Shown here piece after piece: positions 38,225-47,005 of a stretch of 64,000 nt of DNA. Position numbers and translations under genes: made by a program. The notes below the pieces were generated by a model. That model was not told where the DNA came from, ran no database searches, and saw only the letters and a list, made by a program, of their open reading frames with translations. Source of the stretch: Candidatus Omnitrophota bacterium (GTDB taxonomy: Bacteria; Omnitrophota; Gorgyraeia; Zapsychrales; Fredricksoniimonadaceae); contig JACQCF010000014.1 in NCBI GenBank assembly GCA_016201795.1, positions 49,648 through 113,647 of the forward strand. Reading direction: 5' to 3'. Every line of letters starts with the position of its first letter. Position 1 is the first letter of the stretch.

Positions 38225-38979
38225 ACTCTTGTATTAAAATTACCATCGTGGATTTAAGTGCGTCATACGGTGCCGTTTGCGCCCTCAAGTCTCTTTCTCT
38301 GGATGTGAGGGAGGGGGAAATTTTAAGTGTGATAGGTCCTTCCAACAGCGGTAAAACCACATTTTTGCGCTGCCTGAACCGTTTTAACGACACAAACCCG
38401 CATTTTTCCCATCGGGGAATGGTGACTATCAACGGTATTGATATTTATGGTAATATTGATGTCGAGATGTTGCGTAAAAAAGTAGGGATGGTTTTCGCGT
38501 TGCCTACGGTTTTACCGATGAGTGTTTGGGAGAATGCGGCCTATGGCCTGCGCCGCCATGGCATCAGGGATGAACGGATGATTGCTTTGAGCGTTGAGAA
38601 TTCTTTGAGAGCGGCTTATTTGTGGGATGAGGTCAAGGATCGTTTGGAGGCGGCGGCTTTGAATCTTTCCGGCGGGCAGCAGCAGCGCTTGTGTCTGGCC
38701 AGGACATTGGCGGTGGAACCGGATATTATTCTTTATGACGAGCCGTGTTCGGGGCTTGATCCTATTTCCACCGCTAAAATCGAGGAGGCCATGATTCATT
38801 TTAAGGACAAGTACACCCAGATTTTGGTTACCAACAATACCAAACAAGCGGCGCGGGTCGGAAATCGGACGGCGTTTTTTTTGATGGGCCAGATGGTTGA
38901 GCTTGACGCGACGAATAAAATTTTTACCTCTCCATCGGATCAACGGACGGAAGATTATATTTCCGGGAGATTCGGTTAA
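38218..38979 (+). CDS. pstB: Phosphate ABC transporter ATP-binding protein
   Basis: Walker A (GPSNSGKTT), LSGGQQQRLCLAR and DEP. Confidence 0.85.
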   Translation: MVDSCIKITIVDLSASYGAVCALKSLSLDVREGEILSVIGPSNSGKTTFLRCLNRFNDTNPHFSHRGMVTINGIDIYGNIDVEMLRKKVGMVFALPTVLPMSVWENAAYGLRRHGIRDERMIALSVENSLRAAYLWDEVKDRLEAAALNLSGGQQQRLCLARTLAVEPDIILYDEPCSGLDPISTAKIEEAMIHFKDKYTQILVTNNTKQAARVGNRTAFFLMGQMVELDATNKIFTSPSDQRTEDYISGRFG

Positions 38980-39734
38980 TGCATACGATGATCGAAACTC
39001 ATCAGTTAAATTTTTTTTACGGGTCGTTTCACGGATTGATTGATATTAACCTGGCGGTTGCCCAGTACCAGATCACAGCGTTGATTGGTCCTTCCGGATG
39101 CGGGAAATCCACGCTGTTGCGGACGTTTAACCGGATGAACGATTTAATCGAAAATGTACGGGTGACGGGAAGGGTGTTTATCGACGGGGTGGATATTTAC
39201 ACTCCACAAACGGATTTGGTGAATCTGCGTAAAAAAGTGGGTATGGTATTTCAGCGGCCTAATCCGTTTGCTCTTTCTGTAGCTGAAAATATTTTATTTA
39301 GTGTTAAAATTCATAAGACCGCTCCGGCATCGCAGTATGAAGCGATTTTGGAAGAATCATTGCGGGCGGTGGATTTGTGGGAGGCGCTCAAGGACAAGCT
39401 CCATAGGTCGGCGTTGCAACTTTCTCTGGAGCAGCAGCAAAGGTTGTGCATCGCGCGGCTGTTGCCGGTTAAGCCCGATATTCTGCTCATGGATGAGCCG
39501 TGTTCGGCCCTGGATCCGATGTCGACGGCCCACATCGAAGAATTGATGCGTATGCTTAAAGTCAATTACACCATTTTGATTGTGACCCATAATATGCAGC
39601 AGGCGGCGCGGGTATCGGATTTTGCGGCTTTTTTGTATCTGGGAGAACTTATTGAATTCGGCAGCACGGAGAAAATGTTCACCGTGCCTAAAGACCGTCG
39701 GACAGAAGAATATTTAACCGGGAAATTCGGTTAA
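38979..39734 (+). CDS. pstB: Phosphate ABC transporter ATP-binding protein, second paralogue
   Basis: Walker A (GPSGCGKST). It has a degenerate signature (LSLEQQQRLCIAR) in place of LSGGQ. Confidence 0.8.
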   Translation: MHTMIETHQLNFFYGSFHGLIDINLAVAQYQITALIGPSGCGKSTLLRTFNRMNDLIENVRVTGRVFIDGVDIYTPQTDLVNLRKKVGMVFQRPNPFALSVAENILFSVKIHKTAPASQYEAILEESLRAVDLWEALKDKLHRSALQLSLEQQQRLCIARLLPVKPDILLMDEPCSALDPMSTAHIEELMRMLKVNYTILIVTHNMQQAARVSDFAAFLYLGELIEFGSTEKMFTVPKDRRTEEYLTGKFG

Positions 39735-39750
39735 TACCAAAGGACACCCT

Positions 39751-40416
39751 ATGCTCACAGAAAAAATGGTTGAACTCAAACACCGTCTTTTAGAAGACGC
39801 TGCTCTGGTGGAAGACATGATCGCCAAAAGCACCAAAGGCCTTCTGGAGAAAAATGTTGCTTTATTGCAGGAAGTGATTAATACCGAGGAGCCCAAGGTC
39901 AACGATTATGACCGCGCCATTGAAAAGATGTGTGTGGAGTTGATTGCCCAATTTGAGCCGGTGGCCCGCGATCTGCGCCTGGTCGTTATGATTATCAAGA
40001 TGAACAAAGATCTTGAGCGCATGGCGGATCACGCAGTCAATATTTGCGAAAGCGGAGTGTTTTTGCTCAGTAACCCTATTCTGGGATCTTATGATGATCT
40101 GCGTTTGATGGGTGAGAATGCCGTTAAAATGCTTAAGGATAGCATCAACGCCTTTGTCAATGAAGATGTTCATTTGGCCCAGTTGGTTTGCAACCGTGAT
40201 AATATCGTGGATAATACTGGCGATAAAATCCTCAAAGACCTCATCGAGGTGATGCGCGGCAAAAAAGACGCCATTCCCCGCAGCCTGCAATTGATGCGCA
40301 TTGCCCATAACTTTGAGCGCATCGCGGACTTGTCCACCAATATCGCGGAAGAAGTTATTTACATTGTCGAAGGCCGCGACATCAAACACCATCAGGCGGA
40401 TAATCCTTTAAGGTAA
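39751..40416 (+). CDS. phoU: Phosphate-signalling regulator PhoU
   Basis: Two PhoU repeats with E/DxxxD motifs (ERMADHAVNI, ERIADLSTNI). Confidence 0.85.
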   Translation: MLTEKMVELKHRLLEDAALVEDMIAKSTKGLLEKNVALLQEVINTEEPKVNDYDRAIEKMCVELIAQFEPVARDLRLVVMIIKMNKDLERMADHAVNICESGVFLLSNPILGSYDDLRLMGENAVKMLKDSINAFVNEDVHLAQLVCNRDNIVDNTGDKILKDLIEVMRGKKDAIPRSLQLMRIAHNFERIADLSTNIAEEVIYIVEGRDIKHHQADNPLR

Positions 40417-40422
40417 GTCTCC

Positions 40423-41760
40423 ATGCATCCTTTAGAATGCCGTCGGTTATTGCCATTGGATTTAAAATCTCTTAATAGTCTTAGTGACTACATTTCTCAG
40501 GGCGGCGGTCAAGCTATCAAAAAAGCTTTGTCCATGGCCCCGGCGGATATTATTGCCCAGATTAAAAAAGCCAATCTGCGCGGTCGCGGGGGAGCGGGGT
40601 TTCCCACGGCTATTAAATGGGGCGGAGTACACAATGAACCCTGTGCCACCAAATATGTGGTCTGCAATTTTTCCGAAGGCGAACCCGGCACCTACAAAGA
40701 CCGCTATAATATCCTCAAAAATCCTTATCATCTTTTCGAAGGCATGGCCATTGCCCTGCACGCCATTGGCGCCAAAGAGGCCTATATCGGCATTAAAGCC
40801 AAGTATAAACCCCAGATTCATCGGCTATTTGAAGCCCGCAAGGAAATGGAGGAAGCCGGACTCATTCCGGCTGGCCTTATTAAGATCCATTTAGGTCCGG
40901 ATGAATACCTGTATGGGGAAGAAAAGGGGCTTCTGGAGTCCATTGACGGCGGTTATCCCATGCCTCGTAATATCCCTCCCTATATTCAAGGAGTTAATTT
41001 TACCCCTGATTCCCCTAATCCTACCTGTGTCAATAATGTTGAAAGCTTCTGCCAGGCGGTCTATATAATAAAGAATGGAGCGGATTGGTTTAAATCCGTG
41101 GGTTCCCAGGATACTCCGGGAACTGTTATGTGTACGGTCTGTGGGGATGTGCAAAAGCCTGGAATATATGAGGTTGCGGCAGGAGCCGTGACTTTAAAAC
41201 AGCTTCTTTATGATATTGCTGGCGGTCCGGTAGGCCAATTTCCCTTAAAAGCCGCCTTTTCGGGGGTGGCTAGCGGAGTAGTGACTGCTGAAGGCTTTGA
41301 TACGCCTCTGGATTTTGGGTCTTTAAAGAAGATAGGCGGCGGTTTGGGCTCAGCCGGCTTTATTGTGTATGACCAAAGCGCCTGCATGGTGCAGGCAGCC
41401 CTTAAATTTTCCAATTTCCTGGCCAAAAGCTCCTGCGGCCAGTGCGTGCCATGTAACAGCGGCACAGCCCAAATTACCGATCATTTGAAGAAAATTGAGT
41501 TTGGCGAGGGTAGTCAGGATGATTTAGAGGCCATTTTGGAGATCTGCGGCCGCTGTACCAATCAAACCCGCTGTTTTCTGCCCACCCAGGAGTCCTTGCT
41601 TATCCCCAGCATTCTCAAAGCGTTTCCTGCTGAATTTAAAAGACATATGAGCGGCCAAAGAGACCCCCAGGAGCGCGATTTGATCCTGCCCAAGATTCAT
41701 GATTATAACGAGGCAACTTGTACCTTTACTTACGACGATCCAGTTAAATTTCCGATTTAA
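40423..41760 (+). CDS. NuoF-like NADH-binding flavoprotein (complex I 51-kDa subunit family), stand-alone
   Basis: FMN/NADH motif GRGGAGFPT, a soluble-ligand-binding domain and a 4Fe-4S motif (SCGQCVPC). Confidence 0.75.
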   Translation: MHPLECRRLLPLDLKSLNSLSDYISQGGGQAIKKALSMAPADIIAQIKKANLRGRGGAGFPTAIKWGGVHNEPCATKYVVCNFSEGEPGTYKDRYNILKNPYHLFEGMAIALHAIGAKEAYIGIKAKYKPQIHRLFEARKEMEEAGLIPAGLIKIHLGPDEYLYGEEKGLLESIDGGYPMPRNIPPYIQGVNFTPDSPNPTCVNNVESFCQAVYIIKNGADWFKSVGSQDTPGTVMCTVCGDVQKPGIYEVAAGAVTLKQLLYDIAGGPVGQFPLKAAFSGVASGVVTAEGFDTPLDFGSLKKIGGGLGSAGFIVYDQSACMVQAALKFSNFLAKSSCGQCVPCNSGTAQITDHLKKIEFGEGSQDDLEAILEICGRCTNQTRCFLPTQESLLIPSILKAFPAEFKRHMSGQRDPQERDLILPKIHDYNEATCTFTYDDPVKFPI

Positions 41761-41766
41761 AAACGT

Positions 41767-41870
41767 ATTCCCTCCCCCTTGTGGGGAGGGTTAGGGTGGG
41801 GGGGAAAAAAAGAAGCGATGATTCCTTTTAATCCCCCTCCCCTTACCCCCTCCCACCAAGGGAGGGGAAC
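41767..41870. repeat. Solo copy of the DUF559-associated palindromic element (no endonuclease ORF)
   Basis: attccctcccccttgtggggagggttagggtggggggg, a core, then atccccctccccttaccccctcccaccaagggaggggaac. It has the same architecture as 29961-30063. Confidence 0.6.
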
Positions 41871-42100
41871 CACAGTAAAAATTTTTCTAAAAACTCTTGA
41901 CATCACCTTTAACCGATGGCAGAATACATTTACTTTGACGAGGGCTAAATGTCCGAGTCGGATTTTTTCACCCTGGTGATTTGAATTTTGACTGAGAAAG
42001 GAGGGATGAGATAGAAACGGTCACAAATCATCAATATGGGGTCTATGATTGATTATTCCTAGGCTAATAGACACCTAGATATATATAGAATTCAATCCTT

Positions 42101-42189
42101 GTGTCATTGCGAAGGAGCGAAGCGACTGAAGCAATCTTTTAAAAGGATTGCTTCGCTAAAAGCAAAAAGCGACGCTCGCAATGACACAC
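42101..42189. repeat. REP/MITE-like imperfect palindrome built on a roughly 40-nt unit (copy 2)
   Basis: gtgtcattgcgaaggagcgaagcgactgaagcaatctttt plus a degenerate inverted arm. The unit has 1 mismatch against the arm at 13539-13579. Confidence 0.55.
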
Positions 42190-42205
42190 ACAGGGAGGAA
42201 ACAAA

Positions 42206-43638
42206 TGAGAAATAAACTAGTTTTAGCTTTAGCCGCAGCTGTCCTTATGGCTGTTCCGGCTTATGCTGCCGTTCAGAACGTGAAGGTCTCTGGCGACATT
42301 GACTCCACGTATTTGAACCGTCAGCATTTTAACCTTGGAATAAGAAGTGGTACATCACCGGAAGGTGAAAAAGGTTTGAAGAATCAAAGCGTGTTCCTGA
42401 CTCAAGCCCGTCTTCGCGTGGATGCGGATTTAAGCGATAATGTGTCCACCACCGTGGGTTTGATTAATGAACGTGCTTGGACTTCTGAAACCGCTGCTGG
42501 TATTGCAGCCCAAAATACCGACGTGCAGCTTTATCTGGCTTATGCCACGTTCCGTGAGTTGTTATATTCTCCGCTCACCGTGACGATTGGTCGTCAGATA
42601 TTCAACTACGGTAACGGGTTAATCATTGGCGATGGTGGTCCAAACAATCTGGCTACGGGTAATTTGGGTATCGTAGCTGCGGATCTTACCAAAAGAACCA
42701 GTTACGATGGTATCAAAGCCGTCTTAGATTACAAACCGTTGACCATAGACTTGTTTTACTTCAAAAATCAACAGGATAACGTGACTGGTAGCTTGGATGC
42801 TATTAAAACCAATTCCGATGTTTATGGGGCCAATGCCAATTATCAATTGGGTGATGCCTATAACACGGTGGTGGAGGCTTATATCTTCGCCAGACTCAAT
42901 GGTAAAAATAGTTGTATTAACACTGATAGTGAGTTTTGTGAAAGTGAGACAGAGCCAGAAGATAAGAGTGAACAATTGTATGTCCCTGGTTTGCGTGTCA
43001 GCACCAATCCTATTAAAGGGTTGAATACGCAAGTGGAACTGGCCTGGCAAGGCGGCCGTAGAGGTAGAGACGATAATGAGATCTCTGTCCGCCGTCAAGC
43101 CATGGCTGCGCAATTTATGGCCAGCTATGCTTTACCGATAGCTGAATTACAGAAGTATAAACCAGTCGCTTCTGCATCTTTCACCCATGTTTCTGGCGAT
43201 AAGGATAACACCTCTATCTCCAAAAAAGCCTATACTGGCTGGGATCCCTTCAATGAAGCCCAGGGCAGCGGTACTATTTATAATAGTATCTTTGACTTGA
43301 CCAATATGAATATCGCCTCTGTTGGTCTTCAAGCCACTCCTATGCAGGATGTGACTGCCCAGTTTACCTGGAGCGGTTTGTGGGCCGACAAAAAGCTTAC
43401 TCCTGCAAATGCGTTGACCTTCCGTCAACCGGATAGGACGAGTACTGCTCTTGCTCCAGCTGTTAATAGTAGCCATAAGTTCATGGGCAGTGAGTATGAC
43501 CTAGGCGTCAACTATGCCTATACCGAAGATGTGAGTTTCGGTTTGTCTTTAGGCTGGTTTGTTCCTGGCAGCTTGTTCACCAATGCTAATGACAGCACGG
43601 CAAGCCAGGCTATTGCTCACGTATTAGTTAATTTCTAA
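42206..43638 (+). CDS. Outer-membrane beta-barrel protein (porin-like)
   Basis: Signal peptide (LALAAAVLMAVPAYA). Alternating beta-strand pattern. C-terminal aromatic residue (LVNF). Confidence 0.55.
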
Positions 43639-43664
43639 TCAAGTTAACTTAATATTGTGTTTAC

Positions 43665-43713
43665 AAAATCCCGCCCCGTCCCGCATTTGCGGGACGGGGC
43701 GGGATTTTTGTTT
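43665..43713 (+). terminator. Rho-independent terminator
   Basis: Perfect 16-bp G/C-rich stem (aaaatcccgccccgtcccgc attt gcgggacggggcgggatttt) followed by a T-run. Confidence 0.85.
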
Positions 43714-43839
43714 ATAGACCTCATTTAAGATTTTTCACTTTCTATTTTGTATTTCATTTTTCTTTGTTAATATAAATACGCTATTCCTTAATAGATTGCG
43801 TTATTTATTTTGATAGAAAGTGTTAGGTTAAGAGCAGTT

Positions 43840-44415
43840 ATGACCCGGGATGAAATATACGAGCACCTGGCCAAGGTTTACCTTGGCAAGCGTGAAAACG
43901 CCGCCCAACGAAAAAAGAAAAGAACCTTAAACCAGTCATGGCTGGTCATCAATATCGTGATTACAGCCGTGATTCTGATCTCGACGGTGTATGGGTTTAC
44001 GGCTTTTTTAACCCGCCGGGTAGTTTTGCAAAATCAGGTCTTCTATGCTTTAAATAATAATCCGATTCGTATCGCTTACGATCTCAATGATCCTTTTCCG
44101 TCGACCAAAACATTTTCGATTACCATCCCTCGCAAGGACGCATCCAAATACAGCCGTTTGAATTTGACCATTCGCGGCATGAACGCGGCTTATCCGGGGA
44201 TTGTGAAAATGATTGTCGGTAATCAACGCAATGAAAAGGCTACTTATTTTATTCAGAATGTGCAGAGCCATTGGCAAAAGGTCAGTGTTCCTCTGGAGAA
44301 ATTGAATTTGACGGACTGGACAACGGTGACTGATGTTTCTTTTATGCTGGAAGCCTGGAATGTGGATTTTAAAAAAGGTGCGGTGCTTATTGATGATATA
44401 TCGTTTTCAAATTAG
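43840..44415 (+). CDS. Membrane-anchored hypothetical protein with extracytoplasmic beta-sandwich (CBM/jelly-roll-like) domain
   Basis: Basic cytoplasmic N-terminus, a single TM, and a C-terminal region with the W/V/F pattern of a beta-sandwich (WQKVSVPL...VSFMLEAWNVDFKKGAVLIDDISF). Confidence 0.4.
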   Translation: MTRDEIYEHLAKVYLGKRENAAQRKKKRTLNQSWLVINIVITAVILISTVYGFTAFLTRRVVLQNQVFYALNNNPIRIAYDLNDPFPSTKTFSITIPRKDASKYSRLNLTIRGMNAAYPGIVKMIVGNQRNEKATYFIQNVQSHWQKVSVPLEKLNLTDWTTVTDVSFMLEAWNVDFKKGAVLIDDISFSN

Positions 44416-44457
44416 TAGGGGCGGGGTGACCCCGTCCCCTACAGCGCAAGGGGGTTT

Positions 44458-45591
44458 ATGAAAACTATTTCCATAGCCAATCAAAAAGGCGGGTGCGGCA
44501 AAACAACCACAGCCATTAACCTTGCTTCGAGTCTTGGCTTTATGGGCAAGAAAACCCTTTTGATTGATCTGGATCCTCAAGCCCATGCCACCCTCGGGCT
44601 TAATATCAACGACAGCTATAGCCTTTACAATGTCATTTCCAAATTAACCCCCCATAAATTAAAAATTAAGGAAATCATCAAGAGCGTGAGTAAGAATTTC
44701 GATATTGTACCCTCTAACGTTCTGTTGGGGACTTTGGAGCAGGAGTTGACGGATGAAATCGGCCGTGAATTGAAATTAGTTGAGATTTTAGTGGAGGTCA
44801 AAGGGGAGTACGATTATATTCTCATTGATTGCCCGCCGAGCCTCGGTTTTTTAACCGTTAATGCCCTGCGCGCCAGCGATCAGGTGATGATACCGGTGGA
44901 AACCAGCCGTTTTTCCATGCAGGGGGTGGATCATTTAACGGATATCATCAATCTTATCCGTGACCGTCTCAATCATCCGGTGCAGGAAAGAATTCTCATT
45001 ACCATGTTTGATTCCCGCCTGCGTCATTCTTTTGCCATGTTCTCCAAAATGAAAGAGAAGTTCGGCAAACTCCTCTATGATACGATCGTACATATTAATG
45101 TGAAACTTAAAGAATCAGCGGTGATGGGGGAGGCGGTTTTAAAATACGATAAATACTGCCGTGGCTCCAAGGATTATTTGAGTTTAGCCCGTGAGATTCT
45201 TTTGCTGGATCGGCTGCCTTCTTTGGGGGTGGTCTCTGAGACGACTCTAAAGACAGCTGAAGGAACCGATCAGACCTATAAGCCTTCCCAACGTATGCAG
45301 GATTTGGTTGTTAAAAAGACTTCGGAATTTGTGGGATCGGCCGCTTTTTCTTTGAAAGCGCCGCAAGCAGCCTTGGTGTATGTTACGGGATCTTTTAATG
45401 ACTGGTCTTTGGATGAAAAATGCCGCATGTCCAATAAGGACGGGCTCTGGACGCTTCGCCTGCCGCTGGCGGCTGGTGTTTACAAATATCAGTTTATCGT
45501 CGATGGTAAATGGCAGGAAGATCCCGAGAATAAAAATACCGAACGCAATTCTTTTGGAGATATCAATTCGCTTATCGAGGTCAAAGGCTGA
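44458..45591 (+). CDS. ParA/MinD-family ATPase fused to a C-terminal AMPK-beta-type glycogen-binding domain (CBM48)
   Basis: Deviant Walker A (NQKGGCGKTTTAINLA), Walker A' (LLIDLDPQ) and Walker B (DYILIDCPP). The C-terminal roughly 85 aa (ALVYVTGSFNDWS...GVYKYQFIVDGKWQEDPEN...NSFGDINSLIEV) fit the AMPK1_CBM/CBM48 consensus. Confidence 0.8.
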   Translation: MKTISIANQKGGCGKTTTAINLASSLGFMGKKTLLIDLDPQAHATLGLNINDSYSLYNVISKLTPHKLKIKEIIKSVSKNFDIVPSNVLLGTLEQELTDEIGRELKLVEILVEVKGEYDYILIDCPPSLGFLTVNALRASDQVMIPVETSRFSMQGVDHLTDIINLIRDRLNHPVQERILITMFDSRLRHSFAMFSKMKEKFGKLLYDTIVHINVKLKESAVMGEAVLKYDKYCRGSKDYLSLAREILLLDRLPSLGVVSETTLKTAEGTDQTYKPSQRMQDLVVKKTSEFVGSAAFSLKAPQAALVYVTGSFNDWSLDEKCRMSNKDGLWTLRLPLAAGVYKYQFIVDGKWQEDPENKNTERNSFGDINSLIEVKG

Positions 45592-45908
45592 TGCCGCAAG
45601 GTTTTTCCAAAAAGGATATTCTGGACGGAAAAATATATGCGCTTTTAGCCTACTTGTCCATCCTTTGTATCATTCCTCTGATTCTTAAAAAAGACAATCC
45701 TTTTGTGCTGGCCCATGGTAAACAGGGTTTGATTCTTTTCATTGTTGAGACGGCTGTCTGGATTTTAAGCATTGTCGTTCCACTCCTCTGGGCGCCTTTG
45801 ATGTTTATTCTGATGACCTTATCTTTTTGGGGATTGATGGCCGTGGTTAAAGGAGAGTTCACTCGTCTGCCGCTGGTGGCCGATTGGGCGGATAAAGTCT
45901 CTTTATGA
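45591..45908 (+). CDS. DUF4870-family small membrane protein
   Basis: YALLAYLSILCIIPLIL...NPFVLAHGKQGLILFI matches the DUF4870 pattern. Its start overlaps the ParA stop. Confidence 0.55.
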   Translation: MPQGFSKKDILDGKIYALLAYLSILCIIPLILKKDNPFVLAHGKQGLILFIVETAVWILSIVVPLLWAPLMFILMTLSFWGLMAVVKGEFTRLPLVADWADKVSL

Positions 45909-45927
45909 AATTTGAGGGTCTTTTGAT

Positions 45928-46383
45928 ATGTCCATCCTTAAGAAATTTTCAGATACCCTTAAAGAGGTTTTCTGGATAAAATCTTCTCGTCAGAAAAAGT
46001 CTTCCCGCCGTCGTAAAGTTTCCGTTAAGAAAACAGTTAAGAAAAATAAACCCACCAAGGTCAAAAAAAGACCTGCGGCCAAACCATTACGTCCAGTTAA
46101 AGCGCTGGCTAAAATAAAAACTGTTCCGTTAGATCCCCATTTAGTGAAGGCCGGTGAAATCACTCATTACTTTGACCGCATTAAGGTGGGGGTGGTCAAA
46201 ATTAGCCGGGGAACCATTTTGATTGGCGATCGATTAACCATCGTTGGTAAAAAGAGCAAATTTGTCCAGAAAGTCTGGTCTATGCAAATTGAAAGCCAGG
46301 ACGTCAAGGTAGCTAAAAAAGGCCAGCTCATCGGCCTTAAAGTGGATAAACCTGCGCAGGCGGGAGATGTTGTTTATAAATAG
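45928..46383 (+). CDS. Protein with highly basic N-terminal tail and C-terminal EF-Tu domain-2-like beta-barrel
   Basis: KKSSRRRKVSVKKTVKKNKPTKVKKRPAAKP tail. The C-terminal segment (KVGVVKISRGTILIGDRLTIVGKK...VKVAKKGQLIGLKV...AGDVV) follows the EF-Tu domain-2 pattern. Confidence 0.45.
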   Translation: MSILKKFSDTLKEVFWIKSSRQKKSSRRRKVSVKKTVKKNKPTKVKKRPAAKPLRPVKALAKIKTVPLDPHLVKAGEITHYFDRIKVGVVKISRGTILIGDRLTIVGKKSKFVQKVWSMQIESQDVKVAKKGQLIGLKVDKPAQAGDVVYK

Positions 46384-46406
46384 AATGTATGGTATATTTA
46401 ACTTAA

Positions 46407-46586
46407 ATGAAAAATAATAAAGGTCAAAATGTGGTGGAGTATATCTTGGTAGCGGTCGCTGTGGTGCTGGTGTGTTTGGTCCTTTTAAATCCGCAGTCAG
46501 GTCCTGTAAAGAAATCCGTAGAAACCACCCTTAACAGCACCGTGGATAGCATCAATAGCATCGCCAACACAATTCAGTTTCAATGA
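46407..46586 (+). CDS. Flp-type (type IVb) pilin-like small protein, 59 aa
   Basis: MKNNKG^QNVVEYILVAVAVVLVCLV fits a G-x4-EY prepilin motif followed by a hydrophobic helix. It is not in the ORF track because it is under 60 aa. Confidence 0.35.
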   Translation: MKNNKGQNVVEYILVAVAVVLVCLVLLNPQSGPVKKSVETTLNSTVDSINSIANTIQFQ

Positions 46587-47005
46587 ACATGAGCGCCAAC
46601 CACAAGGATTTAATCCGCCGCTACTTGCTCTGGGCGTATCAAACCACCAAAGAATCTTTTGAGCGTATTGAGCGTAAAACCACCCAGTTGATGGTGGATG
46701 AATATCTGTTAAAAACTTTAAATCGGATGGCGAAGCCGCCCAAAAGTATTCAAAAGGATTATCAGAAACTCGTCGATGAGTTTAAGCAATATATAGTCAA
46801 CAAAAAACAGGACGAGCTCAAGCAGAAATTTACCGACGAGACAAGCAAGTCTTTTCACCCCCAGTATTTGTATTTAAGAAATCGTCTTGGGGCCATCGAA
46901 GAGGCTGTGAAATATTTTCTCGGTTCCCGCCAGCTTAAAGCGATGAAAGCGCTTTATGAAGAGGAATTCACCCGTCGTATTCTGCAAGCTAGAGAGCATT
47001 CATAA
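46583..47005 (+). CDS. Hypothetical helical protein
   Basis: 140-aa ORF coupled to the flanking genes by overlapping stop and start codons. No recognisable domain. Confidence 0.4.
   Translation: MNMSANHKDLIRRYLLWAYQTTKESFERIERKTTQLMVDEYLLKTLNRMAKPPKSIQKDYQKLVDEFKQYIVNKKQDELKQKFTDETSKSFHPQYLYLRNRLGAIEEAVKYFLGSRQLKAMKALYEEEFTRRILQAREHS

Noticed and set aside
38218-39734. Tandem pstB genes as a possible duplication artefact or pseudogene
   Set aside because: Both copies are full length with intact Walker motifs, though the second has a degenerate signature (LSLEQ). Two PstB paralogues are common in pst operons, so this is treated as ordinary.
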